Assembly (NCBI GenBank): GCA_964565925.1
Contig: CAZMGV010000006.1
Location: forward strand, 16,176 to 80,175
Origin: an uncultured bacterium
GTDB lineage: Bacteria > JAGRBM01 > JAHCIT01
Direction: 5' to 3'
Length of the DNA stretch: 64,000 nucleotides
Shown here: piece by piece, positions 55,844 through 64,000 of the stretch
How positions within the stretch are numbered: position 1 is the first letter of the stretch
Layout: each line of letters begins with the position of its first letter
Notes under the pieces: model-generated
Told to the model about the DNA's origin: nothing
Seen by the model: only the letters and a program-made list of their open reading frames with translations
Database searches by the model: none
Program-made: the position numbers and the translations under genes

Positions 55844-58270
55844 ATGACCGGGACTCCTGAAAAGCTGCGCTTCGAACTGTCGGTACACGACGTCGTCGCG
55901 CTGGCGTCCGCCGGATCGTCGCGTCCCGTCGGCGCGCCCCTGAGCCGCGCGCGGCTCGGGCAGGAAGCCCACACCCGCTACCAGCAGGAAACCGCCGCGC
56001 GGCCCGGGTTCCGTAAGGAAGTGTCCGTTTCGGTCGAAGCCCCCGCGCGAGGTCTTCTGCTCGCCATCGACGGGCGCATCGACGCCGTCGTTACCGAACA
56101 GAACCTGACCGTCATCGAGGAGATCAAATCCGTCTTCGTAACGTCCCGCGAAGCCGCCCGCCTGGATCCCGCCGAACTCACCGACTGGGCCAATCAGGCA
56201 CGGCTCTACCAGTGGATGTGGGAAAAGAGCGGCCTGGGGCCGGCGCGGTCCCGGCTCGTGCTGGCGTCGCTGCTCGACGGCGGCTGGCACGCGATCGATC
56301 TCATTGAAACCGGTGACGCACTCGACCGGCATGTGCAGTCGATGCTGGACCGCGCCGCCGGACGGCTCGAACACGATCTGGAGATCGCCGAGCAGCGCCG
56401 CGCGCTCGTGCCGCGCCTGCAGTTCCCCTTTGAAGACTACCGGCCCCACCAGCAGGACCTTGAAACCGCCGCCGGGCAGGCCGTGAAATCCGGCAGCGTA
56501 CTCATTGCCGAAGCGCCCACGGGACTCGGCAAAACCGCGGCCGTGCTCGCCGGTGCGCTGCGAACCGTCCTGTCGCAGAACCGGAAACTGTATTTTCTCA
56601 CCGCCAAGGGCACCCAGCAGAAGATGGCGCTCGAGACGCTCGAAAAAATCCGGGATCAGTCCGGATTTGGCACCGCCGATCCGCTGCGGATCGTGCAGAT
56701 CCGGGCGAAAGAAAAGATGTGTCTGAACGATGTGATGGTGTGCGACCCGGAGTTCTGTCCCTACCTGAAGGATTTTCCGGAACGGCTCGAAAAAACCGGT
56801 ACAGGGACTGCGCTCATGCAGAAGGGTGTCGTGACCGGAGACGACCTTCTGGAAATCGGCCGCGCGCAGACTCTCTGCCCGTTCGAGATGTCGCTCGAAA
56901 TGGCCTGGCAGTCCGAGGCCGTCACCTGTGACTACAACTACGCCTTCGACCCGGACGTCATGCTGTGGGAACTGGCCGACCCCGATCTCGCCGGCCAGTC
57001 GGTGCTGGTCGTGGACGAAGCCCATGCACTGCCTTCGCGTGCGCGGGGCTACCGTTCGCCGGTACTGGAAGCGGCCGAGCTCGAAAAGCTCGCCGGACTC
57101 GTGCTCTCGCCGTCGATAGACGAGCCGGTGAAAAACCGCCGCGGCAAAGTGATGTCGGCCGGCCTGTTCGACACGCCGGTGGAGCGGCTCGTGCGGTCAC
57201 CGGCCGCCCGCGAACTGTCGCGGGAACTCCTGAACGCCGCCCGGATCGTGAAGAACCCCGACCTCTGCGGAGTCACCGACCCCGGCCAGCGCGGCACCTA
57301 CCGCGCCCGGCCGGAACCAGAGCAGTTCGAAAAAATCCGCGCCCGCATGGAGCGGTTGTTTCTGGACTACCTCGTGGAAAAAAAACGCGAAGGCGTCACC
57401 CGTCCGCACGACCCGGCAGCCGAGGGGTTCATGCTGGTTTCGAAATTCGCTCGTACCCTCATGGCCGCAGGCGACGAAACCGAGGCGCTCTGGACGCCTG
57501 AGTTCGGCGCGAAACTGTCGCTTCACTGTCTGGACGCATCGCGGTTTCTCGCTTCCAACTGGAGTTCCGCCGGCGCGGCCATTCTCATGTCGGCGACGCT
57601 GTCCCCGGACGACTATTTCCACACGACACTGGGGCTCCCGGCAACTGCCACCAGATTGACGTTCCCCTCGCCGTTTCCCGCCGAGAATCTCACCGTCGAA
57701 ATCGAAAGCGATATATCCACGGCGTTCCGCGACCGGACGAAATCGCTCCAGCCGCTTGCCCACCGGTTGCGCGAGTTTCTGGAAAAACCCGGCAACCGCG
57801 CCGTCTTCGCGCCGAGCTTCGACTACCTGTCGCACATTCACGATGCCGTGGGTCCGCTCCCCGGCAAGCGGTACCTGATCCAGGGAGACCGGATGAACGA
57901 CGCCGACCGGGAGTTCTTCTTCCGCGAACTGACGGCCGGGACCGGCGACATCGTTCTGTGGGCGGTGCTCGGCGGAATTTTTGCCGAAGGGATCGACCTG
58001 CCCGGCGATCACCTGATCGGGGCGGCGATCATCGGACCGGGACTGCCCAAACCGGACCCCGAGCGGGAGCTCGAGAAAACCTATTGGGACGACCGGATGC
58101 ATGGGTCGGGGTTCGACTACGCCTATCTTTATCCCGGCATGATCCGGGTGATTCAGTCAGCCGGACGGCTCATCCGTTCCGAAACCGACACGGGCGAACT
58201 GCTTTTAATTGATAAGCGGTTCGCCCAGCCGGGCTACCGGAAACTGTTCCCCGAATGGTGGCGGGTCTAG
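55844..58270 (+). CDS. XPD/DinG-like Fe-S helicase fused to an N-terminal PD-(D/E)XK nuclease domain
   Basis: G..AH, GRIDAV, EEIKS; EAPTGLGKT, four Cys, DEAH, SATL, GGIFAEGID, QSAGRLIR. Confidence 0.9.
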   Translation: MTGTPEKLRFELSVHDVVALASAGSSRPVGAPLSRARLGQEAHTRYQQETAARPGFRKEVSVSVEAPARGLLLAIDGRIDAVVTEQNLTVIEEIKSVFVTSREAARLDPAELTDWANQARLYQWMWEKSGLGPARSRLVLASLLDGGWHAIDLIETGDALDRHVQSMLDRAAGRLEHDLEIAEQRRALVPRLQFPFEDYRPHQQDLETAAGQAVKSGSVLIAEAPTGLGKTAAVLAGALRTVLSQNRKLYFLTAKGTQQKMALETLEKIRDQSGFGTADPLRIVQIRAKEKMCLNDVMVCDPEFCPYLKDFPERLEKTGTGTALMQKGVVTGDDLLEIGRAQTLCPFEMSLEMAWQSEAVTCDYNYAFDPDVMLWELADPDLAGQSVLVVDEAHALPSRARGYRSPVLEAAELEKLAGLVLSPSIDEPVKNRRGKVMSAGLFDTPVERLVRSPAARELSRELLNAARIVKNPDLCGVTDPGQRGTYRARPEPEQFEKIRARMERLFLDYLVEKKREGVTRPHDPAAEGFMLVSKFARTLMAAGDETEALWTPEFGAKLSLHCLDASRFLASNWSSAGAAILMSATLSPDDYFHTTLGLPATATRLTFPSPFPAENLTVEIESDISTAFRDRTKSLQPLAHRLREFLEKPGNRAVFAPSFDYLSHIHDAVGPLPGKRYLIQGDRMNDADREFFFRELTAGTGDIVLWAVLGGIFAEGIDLPGDHLIGAAIIGPGLPKPDPERELEKTYWDDRMHGSGFDYAYLYPGMIRVIQSAGRLIRSETDTGELLLIDKRFAQPGYRKLFPEWWRV

Positions 58271-61122
58271 ACCGTCTCCACCACCCGCGTACCGGCGCGG
58301 CGGTCGTGGGCCGTTTCCGCGCCGCCCACCAGCAGCGGCAGACCGCCCCAGCAGAACAGCAGGTTGAAAGGCCAGAGCCAGAAATAGCGGCGGATCACCA
58401 GCGCCGGAGTCGCGTCGGCACCGTCGCGGGCCACGATCTTCAGCTTCATGATCATATCGCCCGGGGTCTGGCCCACCAGCGAAACTAGCCCCACGTAGAA
58501 GATACCTTCCACGAGGGTCTTTAAAATCAGCAGCACCCACCAGGTACGTGCCAGCCAGGCGCCCGGTTCGTGAAACAGGGAGAACTCCGCCCCGGTGAAC
58601 TTGTCGGCGGCCGTCACAAAAAGGATGACCGCGAAGAACGTCATGCCGGTATCGATGAGATACGAGAGTGCGCGCTTGAGTACAAGCTGCCGGGGAAGTG
58701 TAAGCCTGGGTTTCATGTTTCTGGCCCACGCACCGGCCGAATGATCCCTGCCGGCCGTGCGCATGCGGGCCGCCGTGCGGACATCGTCCAGCTTGCCCGT
58801 GAGTCCCATGCCCACCGGCGTATCCAGCCGGATGCCAATACCCGACGCGCTCAGCACATCGGCCGACTGGAGCTGCGACTCTGGCGTCATCTCCGGACGG
58901 CTCGTTCCGAGAGGGAAACTGATCTGGTCGGGGTCTTCGATGGCGTGAGCGCTGATGCGCGTCGCCCCGCCGAAGGCATCGGCCATCTCGCCCTGGGCCG
59001 TGTCGAGTGCCATTGCGCCCGGGAACCGGCCGTCGTTGAACGGCACGATCGGGTCCGGGTTCGGAATGACCGGCGCGTCCAGTTTCTGCGACATGTCGGT
59101 GATTTCGTCGAAGATCTGTTCGATCCGTCTTTCGGGCGGCGTCCAGGACGGCATGCTGAGGTTGCCGGTGTTCTGTGTCGTCGCCGCGACCATCGCCGCC
59201 GCCGGCATGGCGGCCGCTTCGGGCGCAGGCAGGGCGCCTATGTTCGGATCGAAACCGTCGAACGCGGAAGGAATAGAGACCTCTTCGTCACCGTGTCCGC
59301 CGCCGCCGTGCCCGTCGTCATTCATATCGTCGCCAGCATCGTTATCAGAATCGTCGTCGCGGCCCTGGTCTCCGCTGCCGTCACCATCATCATGGCGGCG
59401 GTCGCTGTACCGGTCATGGAGGTTGTATTCGTCGGCGTCGGCCTGTTCATCGCCGTCCGCCTGAAGGATTTCAGGAAACAAGGTCCGGACCGGAGCCGGG
59501 CCGTCAGCCAGTATCACCGGTGCCTCTGCGACAGGCTCGCCCGCCACACGGGCGGCGATGTTGTCGCTGATTTCGTCAATATTTCCGTCGGTATTTCCGT
59601 CGATATTCTGAGCGACGCTGGCGAAATCGGTCATCGACGTTTCAGCCGTCGGCGACGGAGTCACGTCGAACATCTCTTCGGCGGTCTTCGCCTTTACGGC
59701 CATGGCCATGGCCGGCGTTTCGGAGGAGGCCTGAATGACCAGCCGGGTGAAAGTGTCGTCGCCCAGATTTGGTGACGGCTCTGCCGTTACAACGGCAGGT
59801 ATTTCAGCCGGAACAACGGCCAATTCAGCCACCGGTTCCGGCGTCTTTTCATTCGGATCGATCACCCTGCCCGCTCCGCGGGTATCGAGCATCATCTCGT
59901 CGGGGCGGATCATCGGGTTCGACACGTCGAACTCGTACTCGTAAGCCGATTCGGGCAGAACTTCGACCGGCTTCGAGGCGTCAGCCGTTTCACGGGCCGC
60001 CGTTTCGGCAGCGAATTTCGGCACAATCGGCTCACCGCCAACCGGCCGGATTCGGGGCAGTTCCACCTTCGGCAGGTCGATCCTGGGAACTTTCAGTTCG
60101 GGGAGCGGTTTCTCGGGTGCGGCAAGCACCGGCGGCTTCGGGGCTTCGATCGGCTTCGGAGCGGCGGGCGCCGGGGCCGGATGAAAACTGACCTCGCTGA
60201 TGTCGCCCAGGGACTCCATTGAGACTGGCGAGATCGCCGGTTTTTCCGAACCGGCGGGCGCGGCGGCGACCGGTACAACGGCCGGTGCCGTTTCGAGCTT
60301 GTCCGCCATGACCCGCACACGGGGTTTCGTGACCGGAGCTGCAGCAGCGTACTCCGGCTCTTTAGGAGTTGAGATAATGTCGGCGTTCTTCTGGCCGCTG
60401 GCGACTTCGGGCGAGAGCGGCGCCGGAGCCCGCAACTCGATACCTTGCATGGAGGGCGCCGGGCGCTCGATGCGCGAGAACGACTGCTCGTCGAAAGGTA
60501 CGGGCCGTTCTTTGACGGTTTCGACGGCGGCAGGCTCAGCAGCGGCAGATTCGATAGCCGCAGCTTCCGGGAACGCCTTTTCGGCACTGATAACCGACTG
60601 TTCGTCGACCGGAATAGTTTCGGCAGCCGTAACGGGCGGAGCGGTTTCGGAAACGGCTGCCACCTGCGCGGCCAGCTGTTCGGCTTTCGCTCTGCGCTTG
60701 CGTTCCCGGCGGGAGATTTTGGGCTTTTCCGGTTCCACAGCAGCGGCAACCGTTTCAGCGGTCATCGTCGGAGCGGATTCCACCGGCGGCTGTTCGGTTA
60801 CGGCCAGTACCGGAGAAGACAGTTCAGCAGCAACCGGTTCAGATACCGGTTCCGGTGCGGCTTCAACCCTGGCTTCCACCACGGCCTCTACGGCAGTCGG
60901 TACATCAGCCACCGCCGGTACAGGCGCGGCAACGGCTTCGGCCGGTGCCGCAACTTCAACCGGCACAACGGCTACTGCCGCGGCGGCCAGCGCGGGGGGG
61001 TTGAGTTTTTCGTCAATGGTGATCTGCTGGGCCGACGGTTTCGCGTCGCCAAGTGCACCACCGCACTTCGGACATGTGTCGATCTGTTTGAAATAGAGAT
61101 AACTGCAGGCAGGACAACGCAA
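58267..61122 (-). CDS. Zinc-ribbon / long low-complexity linker / RDD-domain membrane protein
   Basis: N-terminal CPAC-x10-CPKC; C-terminal RALSYLID...GQTPG...KLKIV...HDRRAGTRVV; TTG start. Confidence 0.85.
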   Translation of the reverse strand: MRCPACSYLYFKQIDTCPKCGGALGDAKPSAQQITIDEKLNPPALAAAAVAVVPVEVAAPAEAVAAPVPAVADVPTAVEAVVEARVEAAPEPVSEPVAAELSSPVLAVTEQPPVESAPTMTAETVAAAVEPEKPKISRRERKRRAKAEQLAAQVAAVSETAPPVTAAETIPVDEQSVISAEKAFPEAAAIESAAAEPAAVETVKERPVPFDEQSFSRIERPAPSMQGIELRAPAPLSPEVASGQKNADIISTPKEPEYAAAAPVTKPRVRVMADKLETAPAVVPVAAAPAGSEKPAISPVSMESLGDISEVSFHPAPAPAAPKPIEAPKPPVLAAPEKPLPELKVPRIDLPKVELPRIRPVGGEPIVPKFAAETAARETADASKPVEVLPESAYEYEFDVSNPMIRPDEMMLDTRGAGRVIDPNEKTPEPVAELAVVPAEIPAVVTAEPSPNLGDDTFTRLVIQASSETPAMAMAVKAKTAEEMFDVTPSPTAETSMTDFASVAQNIDGNTDGNIDEISDNIAARVAGEPVAEAPVILADGPAPVRTLFPEILQADGDEQADADEYNLHDRYSDRRHDDGDGSGDQGRDDDSDNDAGDDMNDDGHGGGGHGDEEVSIPSAFDGFDPNIGALPAPEAAAMPAAAMVAATTQNTGNLSMPSWTPPERRIEQIFDEITDMSQKLDAPVIPNPDPIVPFNDGRFPGAMALDTAQGEMADAFGGATRISAHAIEDPDQISFPLGTSRPEMTPESQLQSADVLSASGIGIRLDTPVGMGLTGKLDDVRTAARMRTAGRDHSAGAWARNMKPRLTLPRQLVLKRALSYLIDTGMTFFAVILFVTAADKFTGAEFSLFHEPGAWLARTWWVLLILKTLVEGIFYVGLVSLVGQTPGDMIMKLKIVARDGADATPALVIRRYFWLWPFNLLFCWGGLPLLVGGAETAHDRRAGTRVVETV

Positions 61123-61261
61123 GGGCGGACCTCGAAACGCCCGGGTTTACCCAGGCTGTGCCCTCAGCGTCTGAACCCATTATTTATATACATTTGGCCG
61201 CCGGATTCCAAGAAATATCCGGCATTTCCGATAGTTACATAAGAACAGGGACTATTCAGGT

Positions 61262-61954
61262 TTACCGGGAAAGTGCGATCGAGGCGGCGGCGATGGCGGC
61301 CGTTTCCGCTCTGAGTACAGACGGAACCAGATGGACGAACTTCACCGGCGCAGTTGCGAGCCACTCCTTTTCGGCGTCGCTCCACCCGCCCTCGGGACCG
61401 ACGATCAGCCGAATCGCTAAAGCCAGCGCGACCGACGATAGCGGCTCGGTCACCACCCGTCCCGGGATCTCCAGCACAAGCGATCCTTCGGTAGCGATCT
61501 CCTTGAGCGACTTCGCTTCACCGTACCGGGGAATGTCTATTCGCCCGCACTGCTCTGCCGCCCGGATCATCACCCGGCGCAGCCGGTCCTCGCTGCGGAC
61601 CTGGGCGTTCGAGCGGTCCGACTTGAACGCGCCGATCTCCGAGACCCCCAGTTCCGTGAGTTTCTCCGCCGCCCAGTCGAACCGGGCCGGATCGAACGTT
61701 GCCATCCAGACGGCGACCTTTCGGGAAAGTACCGGTGCCGGGAGCAACGCGACTTCCGGCGCCAGGGCGACCAACCACCGCCTGCCGTCCCGTTTCACAC
61801 GGCAGCCCGCACGCAGACCCTCTTCGTTGAAACATTCCACCGCTTCGCCGTCTTCGAGCCGGGTCGCCGCGAAGTGCGACAGCAGATCCCCGCGAACAGC
61901 GGTCCCTTCGGCGGTGATCGGCGGGTCATCGGGTGGCCAGTAAAAGCGGTGCAT
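61262..61954 (-). CDS. rsmE: 16S rRNA m3U1498 methyltransferase
   Basis: EKLTELGV, RAAEQCGR..IP, IVGPEGGWS..E, VLRAETAA. Confidence 0.93.
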   Translation of the reverse strand: MHRFYWPPDDPPITAEGTAVRGDLLSHFAATRLEDGEAVECFNEEGLRAGCRVKRDGRRWLVALAPEVALLPAPVLSRKVAVWMATFDPARFDWAAEKLTELGVSEIGAFKSDRSNAQVRSEDRLRRVMIRAAEQCGRIDIPRYGEAKSLKEIATEGSLVLEIPGRVVTEPLSSVALALAIRLIVGPEGGWSDAEKEWLATAPVKFVHLVPSVLRAETAAIAAASIALSR

Positions 61955-61992
61955 GATGAGTGGGGAATCTCATAGTCGAATAAACCTGATTG

Positions 61993-62096
61993 GCGAAAGA
62001 GGGCTCAGGTTCTTTGCCCGAATCAACGAACGTCGCTCAAGCGCCACTTAAGTGGGGACAGATTGTTGCGGGCGAAGAACCTGAGCCCTCTTTCGC
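61993..62096. repeat. Long inverted repeat (28-bp arms) around a structured 48-nt core
   Basis: GCGAAAGAGGGCTCAGGTTCTTTGCCCG vs CGGGCGAAGAACCTGAGCCCTCTTTCGC: 27/28 complementary, and the exception is U-G on the + strand. Confidence 0.9.
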
Positions 62097-62121
62097 AGAG
62101 CGATTTTTTCAATCTCTATCG

Positions 62122-62152
62122 TCTCATTTTGAGAACGATTCTCATTGTGAGA
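62122..62152. promoter_or_regulatory. Fur-box-like site
   Basis: TGAGAAC-G-ATTCTCA (62130-62144) versus TGATAAT-N-ATTATCA, embedded in two TCTCA-N3-TGAGA units. Confidence 0.65.
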
Positions 62153-62327
62153 GGCCAAATACCGACTCAAGTTGAGAATCCGTCACCCTGCCCGCTCCCG
62201 GAACCGTCATCGGAGAATCACTAATAACCCAATGTACATCGCAAGTTGTACCCGAGCTCAGGCACGCGGCACGGCAACGGTACGTTGCGTGCGATAGCAG
62301 CGGTGTCCAACGAAGGAGTTTACGCAG

Positions 62328-62717
62328 ATGGTTCGCGAGGGCAGAAAGATTCGTCAGCTGGGAGCCGCAGGAATAGCGGCGGTAGCGCTCGGACTCGGCA
62401 TCTTCACCGGTGCACAGGCCGCTCTCTACTCAAACCGTAACGACCTTTCGGGCCAGTGGGAGGTCCAGGTGATGGAGGCGACTCCGTCAGGCTGGGTGGA
62501 ATCCACCGGGTCCTACGAACTGAACGTCACCCGCTACACGGTCGAAAAGATCGGTGCAGAGGGACGGGAGGCGGGAGTGATCTCGCGCCTGGAAGACGGC
62601 CGCGTAACGCTCGACGGCCCGGTGAACGGCACCTTCAAGGTGTCCAAGCTGGCCGACAATGTAATTGTTCTGGATGGCGACAAAGCAGAAACGTCTCTAT
62701 ATCTGGTCCGGAAGTGA
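62328..62717 (+). CDS. Small secreted beta-rich (lipocalin-like) protein
   Basis: Signal peptide ending AQA, DLSGQWEV (lipocalin-type G-x-W), terminal YLVRK strand; AAGGAG RBS. Confidence 0.7.
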   Translation: MVREGRKIRQLGAAGIAAVALGLGIFTGAQAALYSNRNDLSGQWEVQVMEATPSGWVESTGSYELNVTRYTVEKIGAEGREAGVISRLEDGRVTLDGPVNGTFKVSKLADNVIVLDGDKAETSLYLVRK

Positions 62718-62889
62718 AAGATAAAAAAACTAGATGTGGGACAGAAGGAACTGAAGGGCAAGAATAGAGACGATTTCTGACTTATGCCGCTTGCAGAAGA
62801 CGGCCGGCTCCCAAAGGGACCGGTCGTCAATTTTTGGGGCTCCTGAAGAACCCCGTTCCGTTCCACCAGAAGACAGTATTCAGGCCAAG

Positions 62890-62905
62890 GGTTCCACGTG
62901 GAACC
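62890..62905. other. parS site
   Basis: GGTTCCACGTGGAACC, perfect palindrome matching the ParB-binding consensus tGTTtCACGTGaAACa / GTTCCACGTGGAAC. Confidence 0.88.
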
Positions 62906-62925
62906 TCCCCCTCCCCCTCCCCCGA

Positions 62926-62941
62926 CGTTCCACGTGGAACA
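62926..62941. other. parS site
   Basis: CGTTCCACGTGGAACA. Confidence 0.88.
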
Positions 62942-63005
62942 TCCAGGGTTATTCGGGGAATTTCCGGAGAATCTGGCCGGAACAGCTGCCTGCAACCGCC
63001 CGGTT

Positions 63006-63785
63006 TCAGACCCGGGGGTCGTGACGGACCGGAACGCCCTGCTTGCGCAGGAACGCCCGCACCTGGCCCACGGTCATCTCGCCGAAGTGAAAGACGCCGG
63101 CCGCCAGCGCCGCATCGGCACCCGCCTGGGCAAGGCCTTCGTAGAAATGCTCGACTTTGCCGACCCCGCCCGAGGCGATCACCGGTACCGGCACCGCCTG
63201 CACGATGGCGTGGGTCAGTTCCAGATCGTAACCGTCGCCCGTGCCGTCCCGGTCCATGGAGGTAATAAGGATCTCCCCTGCCCCCCGGCGCGCCATCTCC
63301 CACGCCCAGGTGACCGCGTCGAGACCGGTCGCCCGGCGCCCTCCGTGGGTGAACACTTCCCACTTGGCGGGGTTCGATTCCTTGTCCCGGCGGGCGTCCA
63401 CGGCGACGACAATCGCTTGCGACCCGAAGGCGAGCGCCGCCTCTTCCACCAGACTGGGATTCTCGATGGCGGCCGTGTTGATCGACACCTTGTCGGCACC
63501 GGCTTCCAGCAGCCGGCGGATATCGGCCACCGACCGCACGCCGCCGCCCACCGTGAGCGGCATGAACACCGTTTCCGCCGTCCGGCGGACGACGTCCAGG
63601 ATGATGTCACGCTTTTCGTGGGAAGCGGTGATGTCCAGAAAACAGAGTTCGTCGGCCCGCTGCTCGTTGTAGGCCTTGGCGACCTCGACCGGATCTCCGG
63701 CGTCTCGGAGGTTTACGAAGTTGACCCCTTTGACGACCCGGCCGTCTTTCACGTCGAGGCACGGAATGATCCGCTTGGCGAGCAC
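63006..63785 (-). CDS. hisF: Imidazole glycerol phosphate synthase cyclase subunit
   Basis: [63 protein letters not shown]. Confidence 0.98.
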   Translation of the reverse strand: MLAKRIIPCLDVKDGRVVKGVNFVNLRDAGDPVEVAKAYNEQRADELCFLDITASHEKRDIILDVVRRTAETVFMPLTVGGGVRSVADIRRLLEAGADKVSINTAAIENPSLVEEAALAFGSQAIVVAVDARRDKESNPAKWEVFTHGGRRATGLDAVTWAWEMARRGAGEILITSMDRDGTGDGYDLELTHAIVQAVPVPVIASGGVGKVEHFYEGLAQAGADAALAAGVFHFGEMTVGQVRAFLRKQGVPVRHDPRV

Positions 63786-63927
63786 GCTCTGGTTACACTC
63801 CGCTTTCTTCGCTTCGGTTTCCGTGTCCGTTCCGGAAACTGGTTTGAAAACCGTCCGCCATTAATGGGGGATATTCGGCCGGGCGTAAAGAGTACCGGAC
63901 GCCTTTTTTCGGGCTCCTGGCGGCCGA

Positions 63928-63943
63928 TGTTCCACGTAGAACA
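63928..63943. other. parS site (one mismatch)
   Basis: TGTTCCACGTAGAACA inside GATGTTCCACGTAGAACATC. Confidence 0.78.
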
Positions 63944-64000
63944 TCTGCCTGTTTCCGGTTCCGTGTATACTCGCGCATCCGCGGCTGCTTACCGGACCGT

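Noticed and set aside
55844-58270. Type IV CRISPR (CasDinG) or Cas4 adaptation module
   Set aside because: No repeat-spacer array and no other cas genes; the architecture matches stand-alone nuclease-helicase fusions.
54533-62058. AGTGGGGA at 54533, 61959 and 62051 as a shared sRNA seed or target
   Set aside because: An 8-mer is expected a few times by chance in 64 kb; the copy at the rsmE start has the same sense as the candidate sRNA, so it is not a pairing target.
61993-62096. Retron msr-msd, 6S RNA or SRP RNA
   Set aside because: No reverse transcriptase nearby, too short and too perfectly paired for 6S, and no SRP GGAA/CAGG helix-8 motif.

Overview
High-GC bacterial chromosomal window with deltaproteobacterial / myxobacterial-type gene order (rpmE-prfA-prmC-murA-hisGDCBHA; dnaG-rpoD; a MYXO-CTERM-like surface protein). 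It is mostly core genome: purMN, leuCD, ald, HU, IscA, a sirtuin, RsmE, hisF, several fatty-acyl-CoA enzymes and one tRNA with a CAT anticodon. I found no integrase, transposase, rRNA or CRISPR array. The most interesting signals are non-coding or lie below the ORF track cut-off. (1) A complete sigma54 promoter (-24/-12 box, IHF site, two NtrC-like enhancer boxes) points at an ORF-poor, structured ~180-nt segment ending in a terminator, a candidate sigma54-dependent sRNA. It converges on a REC + (MshEN-like x4)-CheX operon. (2) A TGAC-N6-GTCA operator recurs in four intergenic regions upstream of acyl-CoA/lipid genes. (3) A 28-bp-stem hairpin sits next to a Fur box. (4) Three parS sites flank hisF. 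(5) Two small ORFs (58 aa and 22 aa) are missing from the track. All family assignments come from motif recognition by eye; no database searches were run.
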